Shown piece by piece: positions 10,199-19,422 of a stretch of DNA of 64,000 nt. The DNA is from Candidatus Saccharimonadota bacterium (GTDB taxonomy: Bacteria; Patescibacteriota; Saccharimonadia; Saccharimonadales; Saccharimonadaceae): positions 4,349-68,348 of the forward strand of contig JAFQXY010000012.1 in the NCBI GenBank assembly GCA_017406745.1, read 5' to 3'. Under the pieces are notes generated by a model. The model was not told the origin of the DNA. It worked only from the letters and a program-made list of their open reading frames with translations, and did not search any database. How positions within the stretch are numbered: position 1 is the first letter of the stretch; every line of letters starts with the position of its first letter. The translations under genes and the position numbers were made by a program.

Positions 10199-10227
10199 AT
10201 CACTTCCTTTCCCCCTATTCTACCACA

Positions 10228-10590
10228 TTATTTCCTCTTATTAAAGAGGTTTTTCCAACTTCTTTTTTGACGATGTGGTTGCATTTCCAGTTTGTAGCGC
10301 CTAATTTGCCCCGTCAGCTTAGCCTCTACCAAATCCACCCCAGCAAATACGTTAGAACACTCATCTTTTGCCGCAATCACCTTGCCACCGGGGATATCCA
10401 TCGCCACTGATATTTCATATTTATCACCCTTGTTCTTCCCAATTTCTGACACTATCACTTTTGTTACCACATCTTTTTTAGAACCATGTGGTAAATACTT
10501 ATCTAGCTTACCTACTCGTTTTTCTACATACTTCTTAAAACTTTCTTCTACTTTATAGCCATTTCCCGTAATCTCAATTTTTTCTATCAT
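10228..10590 (-). CDS. raiA: ribosome hibernation factor RaiA/HPF
   Basis: IEITG..YVEKRVGKLDKY..AKLxxQIRRYK; GGAGG SD; hpf-secA synteny. Confidence 0.85.
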   Translation of the reverse strand: MIEKIEITGNGYKVEESFKKYVEKRVGKLDKYLPHGSKKDVVTKVIVSEIGKNKGDKYEISVAMDIPGGKVIAAKDECSNVFAGVDLVEAKLTGQIRRYKLEMQPHRQKRSWKNLFNKRK

Positions 10591-10657
10591 TTTATCCTCC
10601 TTTCAGGCTCTCGCCCAATTATTTTACCCATAAAAGTAATATCCGCCAAGATCTCAA

Positions 10658-11902
10658 TTATATCTCCTCTCGCCCACCCATGTATGGCCTCAAAACTTCT
10701 GGTATTTTCATCTTACCTCCCTCTATTGCATAATTTTCTAGCATCACCACTAGCGCTCGTGCCAAAGGAATCGCCGTACCATTTAAGGTATGCACAAATT
10801 CTATCGTGCCATCTTTTCTACGCACTCTACAGTTTACTGCTCTTGCTTGAAAATCTGTACAGTTAGAACAAGAGGTAATTTCTTGATATTTTTGGTTTAC
10901 TGGCGACCAATATTCCATGTCGTATTTTTTTGCCGCCGGCGCGCCCAAATCTCCTGCCGCAATGTTAATTACATGATAAGGTATCCCTAATCCCTGCCAA
11001 ATATCTTCTTCTATCGCTAAGATTTTCTCATGAATATCTTTACTCTGCTCCGGCAAACAAAATGCATACATCTCCAACTTATTAAATTGATGCACCCTAA
11101 ACAATCCACGCGTATATTTACCATAAGTTCCCGCCTCTTTCCTAAAACATGGTGAATACCCTGCATAAAACAACGGTAATTGCGCCTCATCTAAAATCTC
11201 ATCCATATGATAACCAGTCAAAGGCATCTCCGCCGTAGCGATCAAAGCCAAATCTTCCCCCTCTATATAATATTCATCAGATTGTTCCGAACTCCGTGGA
11301 TTAAACCCACACCCCTCTAGTACTCTAGAAGAAACCATATCAGGCACTGTCATAAATGTAAATCCATGCTCTTGTATTTTAGATAACCCATATTGCAACA
11401 GAGCGTTCTCAAGTAACGCCAATTCACCTTTCAAATAATAGAACTTCGCGCCCGCCACCTTAGCTCCACGCTCAAAATCCACCCAATCACGTTCCACCGC
11501 ATAATCCAAATGGTCTACACCCTTTTCGTGATTTTCACCCCACTTTTTCACCTCTACCGAACACTCCTCACCACCCAGTGGCACATCATCAAAAATCACA
11601 TTTGGGATAGTCTTAAGTAGTTCATTCATCTTATTTTCTGCTATAGCTAGCTCTCCCTCCAAACTAGCCAAATCTATCTTTATCTGTTTCCCCTCCTCAA
11701 TCAAAGCCTTATCTGGTTTACCACCTTTCATCTTGCTGGCAACCTCATTTCGCCGTTTTCTCAAAGTTTCCACTTCGAACAAAACTTTTTTACGCTCATC
11801 ATCCAGCGTTAAAACATCTTTTGTGTTTGTTTTGTACCCTTTTTCCTTAGCCGATTTCTCCACCAAAGCCAAGTTTTCTCTAATAAACTTCACATCTAAC
11901 AT
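10658..11902 (-). CDS. serS: serine--tRNA ligase
   Basis: MLDxKFIREN, LIATAE, CFRKEAG, GLFRVHQF, SCSNCTDFQAR, HTLNGTA. Confidence 0.97.
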   Translation of the reverse strand: MLDVKFIRENLALVEKSAKEKGYKTNTKDVLTLDDERKKVLFEVETLRKRRNEVASKMKGGKPDKALIEEGKQIKIDLASLEGELAIAENKMNELLKTIPNVIFDDVPLGGEECSVEVKKWGENHEKGVDHLDYAVERDWVDFERGAKVAGAKFYYLKGELALLENALLQYGLSKIQEHGFTFMTVPDMVSSRVLEGCGFNPRSSEQSDEYYIEGEDLALIATAEMPLTGYHMDEILDEAQLPLFYAGYSPCFRKEAGTYGKYTRGLFRVHQFNKLEMYAFCLPEQSKDIHEKILAIEEDIWQGLGIPYHVINIAAGDLGAPAAKKYDMEYWSPVNQKYQEITSCSNCTDFQARAVNCRVRRKDGTIEFVHTLNGTAIPLARALVVMLENYAIEGGKMKIPEVLRPYMGGREEI

Positions 11903-11936
11903 ATTTTGATTATAACATATATATTTAGGTTTTAAA

Positions 11937-12767
11937 CTATTTTAGCCTTTGATAAAGCCTCTCCCAATCCAAAAGCGAAAGATCTGCTGGTCGTGCGCCC
12001 AAACTTATTCCCAACTCAACAAAAATTTCTTTTAATGTTTTAGCAGGCCTCAAATGAACCAAATTATGCAAGAGTTTTTTCCTCGGGCTAGAAAACCCCA
12101 CCTTTATTAGCCCAAAAACCTCCTCTCTCACCAAAGGCGCATGTGGTTCCATAATAATAACCTTGCTATCTACTTTGGGTGGGGGAATAAACTCGTTTCG
12201 TGACACTATAGCGCCAGCATACGCATTAGCTCGGTTTTCCACCATCAAAGAAAGCAACGATTTTCTAGGTGAAATAATTCGCTCTGCCACCTCTTTTTGA
12301 ATTAAAAGTACTATTCTCTTAGGTGTATTCTCAGCATATAAAAGTTTTTCAATAATTGGGCTAGTAATATAATAAGGAATATTACCCACCGCCACATACG
12401 CCTCAGTTATCTGGTTTAAATCAAAACTCAAAAAATCCGCCCATACCACCTCCAAATTAGTACCAGGAAATGATTTTGGCAAATTATTAGCCAAATTTTT
12501 ATCATATTCCACCGCAATTACCCTATTAAATCTCTTAAGCAAACTACTAGTTAGCGTACCTAACCCAGGACCAATTTCCACTGCACAACCTTGTTTATCG
12601 GAACTTTTAGAGGCGCTCTCTACCACCCCCACCCCTGTTTCATATTTTTTTTCTTGGTCATTTATAACATCCAAATATTCCCTAGGCATAATAGCGTACT
12701 CCGCAATCTGATCCAAAATAGCGCGGTTTTTCAACCAATGTTGACCAAGTGATTTATTGTTTTTCAT
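11937..12767 (-). CDS. rsmA: 16S rRNA dimethyladenosine transferase
   Basis: KSLGQHWL, EIGPGLG, NIPYYIT, FxPPPKVDS. Confidence 0.93.
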   Translation of the reverse strand: MKNNKSLGQHWLKNRAILDQIAEYAIMPREYLDVINDQEKKYETGVGVVESASKSSDKQGCAVEIGPGLGTLTSSLLKRFNRVIAVEYDKNLANNLPKSFPGTNLEVVWADFLSFDLNQITEAYVAVGNIPYYITSPIIEKLLYAENTPKRIVLLIQKEVAERIISPRKSLLSLMVENRANAYAGAIVSRNEFIPPPKVDSKVIIMEPHAPLVREEVFGLIKVGFSSPRKKLLHNLVHLRPAKTLKEIFVELGISLGARPADLSLLDWERLYQRLK

Positions 12768-13799
12768 CTAATACCACCCGTGCGCATACCACCACGCTAG
12801 CGCACCCTGCCATCCACCATATTTATTTACGTAACCTGCCATCCACTTAATTTGCGTTACTGGATTTGTTTCCCAATCCGCCCCCACCGTAGCCATCTTG
12901 TTGCCAGGCAACGCCTGTGGTATACCATACGCCCCAGAAGAAGCGTTCATTGCATCTACCCTACATCCACTCTCATGATAAATTAAATCTAGCGCAGAGG
13001 GCAAATCAGCCTCACTCACTCCAGCTTGACGCGCCCAATCAGCACAAGTATCAGAATTAGGTGGCAACGATGGCTTTGCCCCCACTGCCACAATACGCTC
13101 TACCGGCTGACGAACAATCTCCTCCGAAACCACCTCGCGCGACACTTCTTGATTATCTATATAATACACATTATAAGAAATCCGTTTAGTCCCTACCTCA
13201 CCCAACTGACGCACCTCACGCGCACCAGATTCCAAATTATAATCTTTTACCTCTGTTTCCGTAAAGGCAATTTCCTCCTCCACAGTAACAGTACGACCAC
13301 CATTACGTGTAATCTCATAAACATTTGCAACGCCAGTTTCTAGAAAATTAGTATTTTTAGAAATTGCCACCTCATCACCATCATAAATGGTAAAACCAGC
13401 CTGCGTCGCAATAGTATATGGATCATAACTTGCCGTCATCAAATATCTTTCAGAAATCCCATCTCTAATAATCGCAGGATGCGAACGATATATATTAACG
13501 AAGAAATTGTTACTATTTATCTCTGTATCTAAACCAGGGTCTACAATATCAGCAGGGTCAACTACAATGCCAGCACGCTCTAAAGCCATACTCACGGTAT
13601 TCGCGGTAGTTTTTACAGTAAGCTTTTGCCCATTATCATAAAAAGTCACAAAATGCTCATCAGACTCAACATATATGCCATCTTCACTCTGGGCATAAGT
13701 AACGTGCTGATTGCGCATCCACATCGCACCGAAAACCAAAGACAACACAAAAACCGTAACTAGCACCAAAATCTTATCAAGCTTTCTTTTCAGCTTCAT
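12768..13799 (-). CDS. G5/DUF348 protein with C-terminal lytic transglycosylase (RpfB/YabE-like)
   Basis: N-terminal TM helix, DUF348-like repeats, G5 domain, ESG..N.SSGAYGIPQALP..KM; upstream of rsmA. Confidence 0.88.
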   Translation of the reverse strand: MKLKRKLDKILVLVTVFVLSLVFGAMWMRNQHVTYAQSEDGIYVESDEHFVTFYDNGQKLTVKTTANTVSMALERAGIVVDPADIVDPGLDTEINSNNFFVNIYRSHPAIIRDGISERYLMTASYDPYTIATQAGFTIYDGDEVAISKNTNFLETGVANVYEITRNGGRTVTVEEEIAFTETEVKDYNLESGAREVRQLGEVGTKRISYNVYYIDNQEVSREVVSEEIVRQPVERIVAVGAKPSLPPNSDTCADWARQAGVSEADLPSALDLIYHESGCRVDAMNASSGAYGIPQALPGNKMATVGADWETNPVTQIKWMAGYVNKYGGWQGALAWWYAHGWY

Positions 13800-13824
13800 A
13801 TCCCCATTATAACATACCTTAAGC

Positions 13825-13998
13825 AAAAAAGTAAACCCCTCCGCGAGGCGTTCCTCAAATAGTAGGAACAAAAAGGGGTTTTACATTTCTATTTCTAGGT
13901 GGAAACTAAGTCCTAAATATAGCCAAAACAACCATACACTCCCACCCAATTCTTAGGTTCTGGTCTCTCTCAACGATATGGAATTGACCTAAACCTAA
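13825..13998 (-). ncRNA. candidate ~170-nt structured RNA or attenuator
   Basis: TTGACA-16-TAAAAT promoter (14030-14003), two stems, then a terminator-like stem with U6. Confidence 0.4.
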
Positions 13999-14236
13999 TT
14001 CTATTTTAGCATAGGCAATTTCAATGTCAATATTGATTTTTAAAATTGTTTATGGTTTAATATTTTTTAATATTTTCTACCATTACAGAGGTATTCCCGC
14101 AAAAACCGAACATCCCCATATTGACAAACCAATATTTCATGTTAAATTATCACCACACTCTCAACCCTCTATTATATATTCTTCGTTCTTGTTGCATTTT
14201 TATCGCAATAAAAAAACATATGTTATAATTATTATT

Positions 14237-14899
14237 ATGAACTGGAGGAAATGGTTAGATGGTTTTATCTTGGCCAGCAAAGGCATTTTGCTTGCTACCA
14301 AAGAAAAACGTTTTTGGATAGGTTTTATTATTAGTTTCATTTTCTTTGGCATACTTATAAATCTCCTTTCTGGCGGTTTTTCCAAGTTTGAACTTATGTA
14401 TGCTACGGGTTTTTCTGGCACCATCAAGATTCTCGCTGACTCTTTCCTTGCCATTTTTGGCATAGGCAAACCTTTTCTAGATTGGCTCCCTATTTTTGCC
14501 ATTGCCACACTCCAAAGTGTTCTAATTGGTCTTATTGCCTTACTCTGGCACAAAAAGCGCGCCCATTCCGACAACTCTGCCAACGTCCAAAAAGCCGGCA
14601 TCATTACCGGACTAATCGCCCTAGGCGCTGGTTGCCCTACCTGTGGCACCACCCTACTTACCCCTCTTATCGGCGCTTTTGCCTCTACTGGAGGCCTAGC
14701 ACTAGCCGGTACCATCTCTACCATCATCACGTGGCTCGCTATTATTATTGCAATCCTCTCACTTAAACGCCTCGGCGAAGAAACCTATGTTATAATAATA
14801 AATGAAAAATACTTAGCCAAAAAGGCTAGCAAAGATAAGCTACAACGCAACATAAAGGAGCAAAGTGGAAACAACAGAGCAACCATCAAAAACCAGTAA
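14237..14899 (+). CDS. multi-pass membrane protein with GCPTCG (CxxC) motif
   Basis: about 4 hydrophobic segments; ATG 7 nt after TGTTATAAT; overlaps the DsbA-like gene. Confidence 0.8.
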   Translation: MNWRKWLDGFILASKGILLATKEKRFWIGFIISFIFFGILINLLSGGFSKFELMYATGFSGTIKILADSFLAIFGIGKPFLDWLPIFAIATLQSVLIGLIALLWHKKRAHSDNSANVQKAGIITGLIALGAGCPTCGTTLLTPLIGAFASTGGLALAGTISTIITWLAIIIAILSLKRLGEETYVIIINEKYLAKKASKDKLQRNIKEQSGNNRATIKNQ

Positions 14900-15590
14900 A
14901 TTCGGAAGTATCGCACGCGGTATCGGCATCGTAGTCGTCGTCGCTATTATATTTTCTGCCATTATCGCCAGTTTCAATCAAAAAGTTCCTAATTCCGATA
15001 AAATATGGGATAAAGACATGGTCATTGGCAATCTAGACGCCGAAAATTATTTCATCATTTATTCCGACATTGCTTGTCCCTACTGCGTAGCTTTTGAAAA
15101 CGCCATTATTGAAAACGAAAAAGCTTTTGAAAACTATATCGAAGAAAACAACGTCCTTGTAGAAGTCCGTGTATCTGACTTTCTCTATGAATACGGAGAA
15201 TCTCACCCTCATACCTCCCGCGATTCTGCCATCGCGATCTATTGCGCCAAAGAACGTGGTCGTTTTTGGGATTACTATAACCTCGCCATCACCGAAACTT
15301 GGAACAATTACTTTAAAGAAGGTGGCAAGCCCGCAGTTAGCGAAATGAGTAAGCTAGATCTTACCTATTGGGAAAAACTCGGCACTAGCATTGGTCTTGG
15401 CGACGACTTTGTAGATTGCGTAGAAAACGGCGACCCCATAGAAGAAATCGAGGCTAATGCCCTCAAATCCGCCAAAGCCATCAATGGCATGCCCTATTTC
15501 AAGTTCAATAATTATATTAGCTCTGGTTTTGATCTTTCATGGGGCTGGGAATACGTCCTCATGTATTTTGACTCCGGTCTCAAAAGTTAA
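14865..15590 (+). CDS. membrane-anchored DsbA-like thioredoxin-fold protein
   Basis: TM anchor, YSDxxCPYC, AxxCA..GxFW, GMP cis-Pro loop. Confidence 0.88.
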   Translation: METTEQPSKTSKFGSIARGIGIVVVVAIIFSAIIASFNQKVPNSDKIWDKDMVIGNLDAENYFIIYSDIACPYCVAFENAIIENEKAFENYIEENNVLVEVRVSDFLYEYGESHPHTSRDSAIAIYCAKERGRFWDYYNLAITETWNNYFKEGGKPAVSEMSKLDLTYWEKLGTSIGLGDDFVDCVENGDPIEEIEANALKSAKAINGMPYFKFNNYISSGFDLSWGWEYVLMYFDSGLKS

Positions 15591-15677
15591 ACCAATAATA
15601 CCTCTTTTATCACACTTACCACCCTCGCCACAAGCTCCCAAAAACCGCCCCATCAACACATCCAAAATATAATAAAA

Positions 15678-16961
15678 TTATCGTAATTCTTTTACAGTAT
15701 AGCTCTGCGATGCTACTTCGCTTTCACCAATCACAATACCCTTACTGGCTAGCTTTCCAGCATAGTTTAGTTTATCACCCAATTTTTTATTAGTGGGAAG
15801 TACTACCACCGTTACTGTATGCCCTTGACTACGTAATTCACTAGCTATCTCCACTGCATATGCAATCTCTGCATCAGAAATCGGTACCACAGCATATTCC
15901 AACGGTCTGCCAATTGCCTCGTGTAACAATTTTTGTTCATTTAGCACGTAAAACAACCTCGTTAGTCCAATAGATCCTCCTACACCAGGCAATAGTTGAT
16001 CCGTAAAATATCCGGCCAGATTTTCATAACGCCCTCCGCCACACACAGATCCTACTTTCTTATAGTCTGGCAATACAAATTCAAACACTGTGCCAGTATA
16101 ATAATCCAGCCCCCGCACAATTTGCATATCTGCTATCACCTCCACGCTATCATCAGCACCCTCACCCTCTAACCAGCGAAGTACTACATCTAGCTCATCT
16201 ACTCCATCCCTAAATACCTTATTTTCTATCCCCATTTCACGTAGTTTTGCTACCACCACACTTCTATCACCATGCAAATTCATAAAATCCAACATCTTAA
16301 CCTGCAAATCATCATCTAGCCCCTCCTCTTTCATAGCATACTTCGTTTCTTCGATAGATGCCTTCTCCGCATGATCTATAATACTAAAAATTGCCCCAGC
16401 TTTTTCATCTAGTCCAAGCTCCGTTAACAACCCATTTAGTATTTTGCGGTTGCTAACTCTTGCTCGTACTAGCGTCCCTAGTTTAAATTGTCTTAATGTA
16501 TCTATTAGCGTAGCAATTACATCCGCATCATAATATAGTGGCAAACTTCCCCGTCCCACTACATCTACGTCGCACTGGTAAAATTCCCGAAAACGCCCTT
16601 TTTGCGCCCGCTCCCCCCGAAAGTTCCGCCCCACCTGAGATACTTTAAAAGGAAACACCAAATCACTTTCATGTTCCACTACATAACGCGCCAAAGGCAC
16701 CGTGTGGTCAAATCTTAACGCTTGGTCTGCCTCATTTGCCGTTTCCGCTGTTTTAAATACTCTATAAATCTGTTTTTCTGTGTCACCGCCAGCCTTAGCT
16801 AACAAAACCTCATCGCGCTCAATCACCGGAGTTTCTATATTTAAATACCCATGACCACGATACACCCCCTCAATTTTGCTCTTTAATTCATTAAAAATAG
16901 CTTGCGCTTCAGGCAATAATTCTTGCATTCCCGAAATTGGTGCAGTATTTATATTTTTCAT
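15678..16961 (-). CDS. hisS: histidine--tRNA ligase
   Basis: LRFDHTVPLAR, QKGRFREFYQCD, VRGLDYYTG, GGGRY. Confidence 0.96.
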   Translation of the reverse strand: MKNINTAPISGMQELLPEAQAIFNELKSKIEGVYRGHGYLNIETPVIERDEVLLAKAGGDTEKQIYRVFKTAETANEADQALRFDHTVPLARYVVEHESDLVFPFKVSQVGRNFRGERAQKGRFREFYQCDVDVVGRGSLPLYYDADVIATLIDTLRQFKLGTLVRARVSNRKILNGLLTELGLDEKAGAIFSIIDHAEKASIEETKYAMKEEGLDDDLQVKMLDFMNLHGDRSVVVAKLREMGIENKVFRDGVDELDVVLRWLEGEGADDSVEVIADMQIVRGLDYYTGTVFEFVLPDYKKVGSVCGGGRYENLAGYFTDQLLPGVGGSIGLTRLFYVLNEQKLLHEAIGRPLEYAVVPISDAEIAYAVEIASELRSQGHTVTVVVLPTNKKLGDKLNYAGKLASKGIVIGESEVASQSYTVKELR

Positions 16962-17001
16962 ACTTTTCATTATACCACATTTATGATACAATAGACACAG
17001 T

Positions 17002-17077
17002 GGTTCTGTAGCTCAGTTGGTAGAGCAGAGGCCTGAAGAGCCTTGTGTCACTGGTTCAAGTCCAGTCGGAACCACCA
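17002..17077 (+). tRNA. tRNA-Phe(GAA)
   Basis: cloverleaf; anticodon arm GAGGC-CTGAAGA-GCCTT; encoded CCA. Confidence 0.95.
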
Positions 17078-18688
17078 AATTTTATATGTTTCGGCATTTT
17101 AGCCGATTTTTTAGTAGTAAATTTCTGTTAAGTACTTTGCAGGTTCTAGTACGCTATTTTACGTCATTTTTGCACGAAAAATGGGGCAAAATCTGCTATT
17201 TTACCCCTATAAAATCGTCTGTTAATACCCTATCCAATTTGGTTACTTAATTTTTGTTTTTACATATTCTTCAGATAACGGCTCATCGTAATTAATATGA
17301 ATTAGTTTTATTCCTCTTTCTGCACAAATTCTAGCCTTTCTACCATCATGCTCTTGTTGTTCTTTTAATTTCTTTTCACCACCCCAATGTTCGACCGCCT
17401 TAAAATGCTGAATGCCCTGATATTCAAAAGTGAGCTTTTCCTGGGGAAGATATATATCTAATTCGAGTTTTTCTAGCCAATTTGGTCTGTAATGGCGTTT
17501 TATTTCAGATTTTGGATAAAGATTCTTAATAATTTCACTAAGTATAGTTTCACTAATCCATGCGTCGCCAATTTTTCGATAACCAAATTCTTCTCGTACT
17601 GCATTCTCAATGTTATTATTAAGCTGCCTTTTTGCTTTTTCGTATTGCTGGAAGCATTTATGATACTCCTCTGGATTCCGTATACTATCAAGCGAAGACA
17701 TCTTTTTTATTATCAATTTTATTCTTCGTATTCCGTCATAGATTTCCGGATCATCATCACTATCAATACTATCTTTTTGATTAAATTTTAGATAGCACCT
17801 TTTAGTTTTTTCGGCTATATACCAGCCGTAACGTCTTTTAAAAACTCCGCCATACATAGGATGGCACCAATCAAGCATAGGAATGATATTATTGCACTTA
17901 AAGCATATCCCTTTCGCAAAATGTATTCTGCTAATAATACCATCGTTATGCCAATTCGGTATAATAGCAGCTAACTCTGGAGGGAAGCCATCCATTCGAT
18001 GAGTATTTGTCCATTCGTCAGCATTATTGTCAAAATTATATCTAGATTTTATAACTTTTTCGATAACGCTCCTTTGGCACTCACAAAAGTATATTTGACT
18101 ATTTATCGTCTCAGAAAAGGCTATAAAGGCTCCATATAAATCTGGGTAATGCACATACGGCATCGGTAATTGTTTTTCGTAATTTATATCCCCCATAGCA
18201 ACAAAAATATCGTCAATTTGATTCCTAATCACTTTTGCAAATTCAGGGTATTGCGCTTTGAGACTTTCGGCAAAATAATAAAAATCGCCGACGCACTGAA
18301 GTTTTTTACCATTTAGCATGATGGACACTTGTTTCCATTTTTCAGCGATTTTAATAAACCGCATAATACTAACCTGGTTCTCTATATATTCCGCAATATC
18401 ATCTATTCGGATCTTAGTTGTCTCTCCCTCTTCAAAGGAAGATTGGATACTTAGAAGATACGTCTTTGCTTTTTGATAATTGGGCGAAGAGCTTTTTCCT
18501 AGTTCAATATCTATAATTGACGTTTTCACTATTTATTATTATAACATTTTTCAAAAAATATTCTAGACAACGAATACTTCCTGTGCTTTTGCCAATCTCA
18601 CTTCATTATCCCTCCTATACAATGTTAAAGCCTAAACAATTCGCCCCCCACCAGGTTTTATATAACTCGGCATTTTGGCCGATTTTTT
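17072..18688. mobile_element. putative tRNA-Phe-associated islet bounded by imperfect direct repeats
   Basis: 41-bp repeat (CCACCA...TCGGCATTTTRGCCGATTTTTT, 35/41 identical) at 17072-17112 and 18648-18688 around one AT-rich gene; no integrase. Confidence 0.5.
17243..18529 (-). CDS. putative endonuclease: Cys/His cluster plus C-terminal Vsr/DUF559-like domain
   Basis: FCEC..CFKC..WCHPMYG; W.SE..L...ELDIY.P...FEYQGIQH...D.RK...C...GIKLI. Confidence 0.75.
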   Translation of the reverse strand: MKTSIIDIELGKSSSPNYQKAKTYLLSIQSSFEEGETTKIRIDDIAEYIENQVSIMRFIKIAEKWKQVSIMLNGKKLQCVGDFYYFAESLKAQYPEFAKVIRNQIDDIFVAMGDINYEKQLPMPYVHYPDLYGAFIAFSETINSQIYFCECQRSVIEKVIKSRYNFDNNADEWTNTHRMDGFPPELAAIIPNWHNDGIISRIHFAKGICFKCNNIIPMLDWCHPMYGGVFKRRYGWYIAEKTKRCYLKFNQKDSIDSDDDPEIYDGIRRIKLIIKKMSSLDSIRNPEEYHKCFQQYEKAKRQLNNNIENAVREEFGYRKIGDAWISETILSEIIKNLYPKSEIKRHYRPNWLEKLELDIYLPQEKLTFEYQGIQHFKAVEHWGGEKKLKEQQEHDGRKARICAERGIKLIHINYDEPLSEEYVKTKIK

Positions 18689-18846
18689 AAAAACCATTTA
18701 CCGATCGACGAAATATGCACCAGCCACACCTTCTAATAAAATCCAAAAAGTTTGCCCTAAATCAGTTTACTCAATCACCGGTCACACATTTTTTACACAA
18801 TTTTCATTTTTTGTGGTATAATATACAACATACCACCAATTAATTT

Positions 18847-18923
18847 GGGCGGTTAGCTCAGTTGGCTAGAGCGCGTCTTTGACGTAGACGAGGTCAGAGG
18901 TTCGACTCCTCTATCGCCCACCA
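18847..18923 (+). tRNA. tRNA-Val(GAC)
   Basis: anticodon arm CGTCT-TTGACGT-AGACG; CCA end. Confidence 0.95.
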
Positions 18924-18990
18924 TTCACAAAATAAGATGCAACATTTGGAACCGTTCTACGAATCGAGCACAAGAAATAATTAACAATTT

Positions 18991-19067
18991 GGGTCGGTAG
19001 CTCAGCTGGTTAGAGCACAGGCCTTTTAAGCCTGGTGTCGAGGGTTCGAGCCCCTCCCGACTCACCA
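18991..19067 (+). tRNA. tRNA-Lys(TTT)
   Basis: anticodon arm CAGGC-CTTTTAA-GCCTG; CCA end. Confidence 0.95.
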
Positions 19068-19398
19068 TCATAAAAATAAGACCTTTAGGTCTTTATTTTT
19101 ATGATGATAAATGGGGGGCCGAACCCGAGAAGAGGGTTCGGACCGAGTGTAGCGAGGTTCCCCCGCCCCTCCCGACTCACCAAGAATACGAGAGAAAAGA
19201 ATCTCTGATTCTTTTCTAAGAGTTTCAAGAAAATAGAAAATTGAAAGCTTGCTTTCAATTTTTTGTTTTCGTAGAAATTCGTAAAAAGTAGCGAAGCTAC
19301 TTTTCCGAGTATTCGCAGGTGAGAAATTGTGAAACAATTACTCACCTTTGAACCCGAGAAGAGGGTTCGGACCGAGCGTAGCGAGATTCCCCCGCCCC
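19050..19398. repeat. tRNA-linked repeat and hairpin array
   Basis: 18-bp tRNA-Lys 3' end repeated at 19165-19182; 49-bp unit at 19121 and 19350 (47/49); several perfect hairpins. Confidence 0.8.
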
Positions 19399-19422
19399 GC
19401 CAATAATACAAAAACTACGCTT

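Noticed and set aside
17017-17250. 77-aa ORF
   Set aside because: Begins inside tRNA-Phe
19068-19411. ORFs 19068-19337 and 19085-19411; also considered as a mini-CRISPR
   Set aside because: The ORFs are translations of hairpin repeats; there are only two repeat units with a ~180-bp gap and no cas genes
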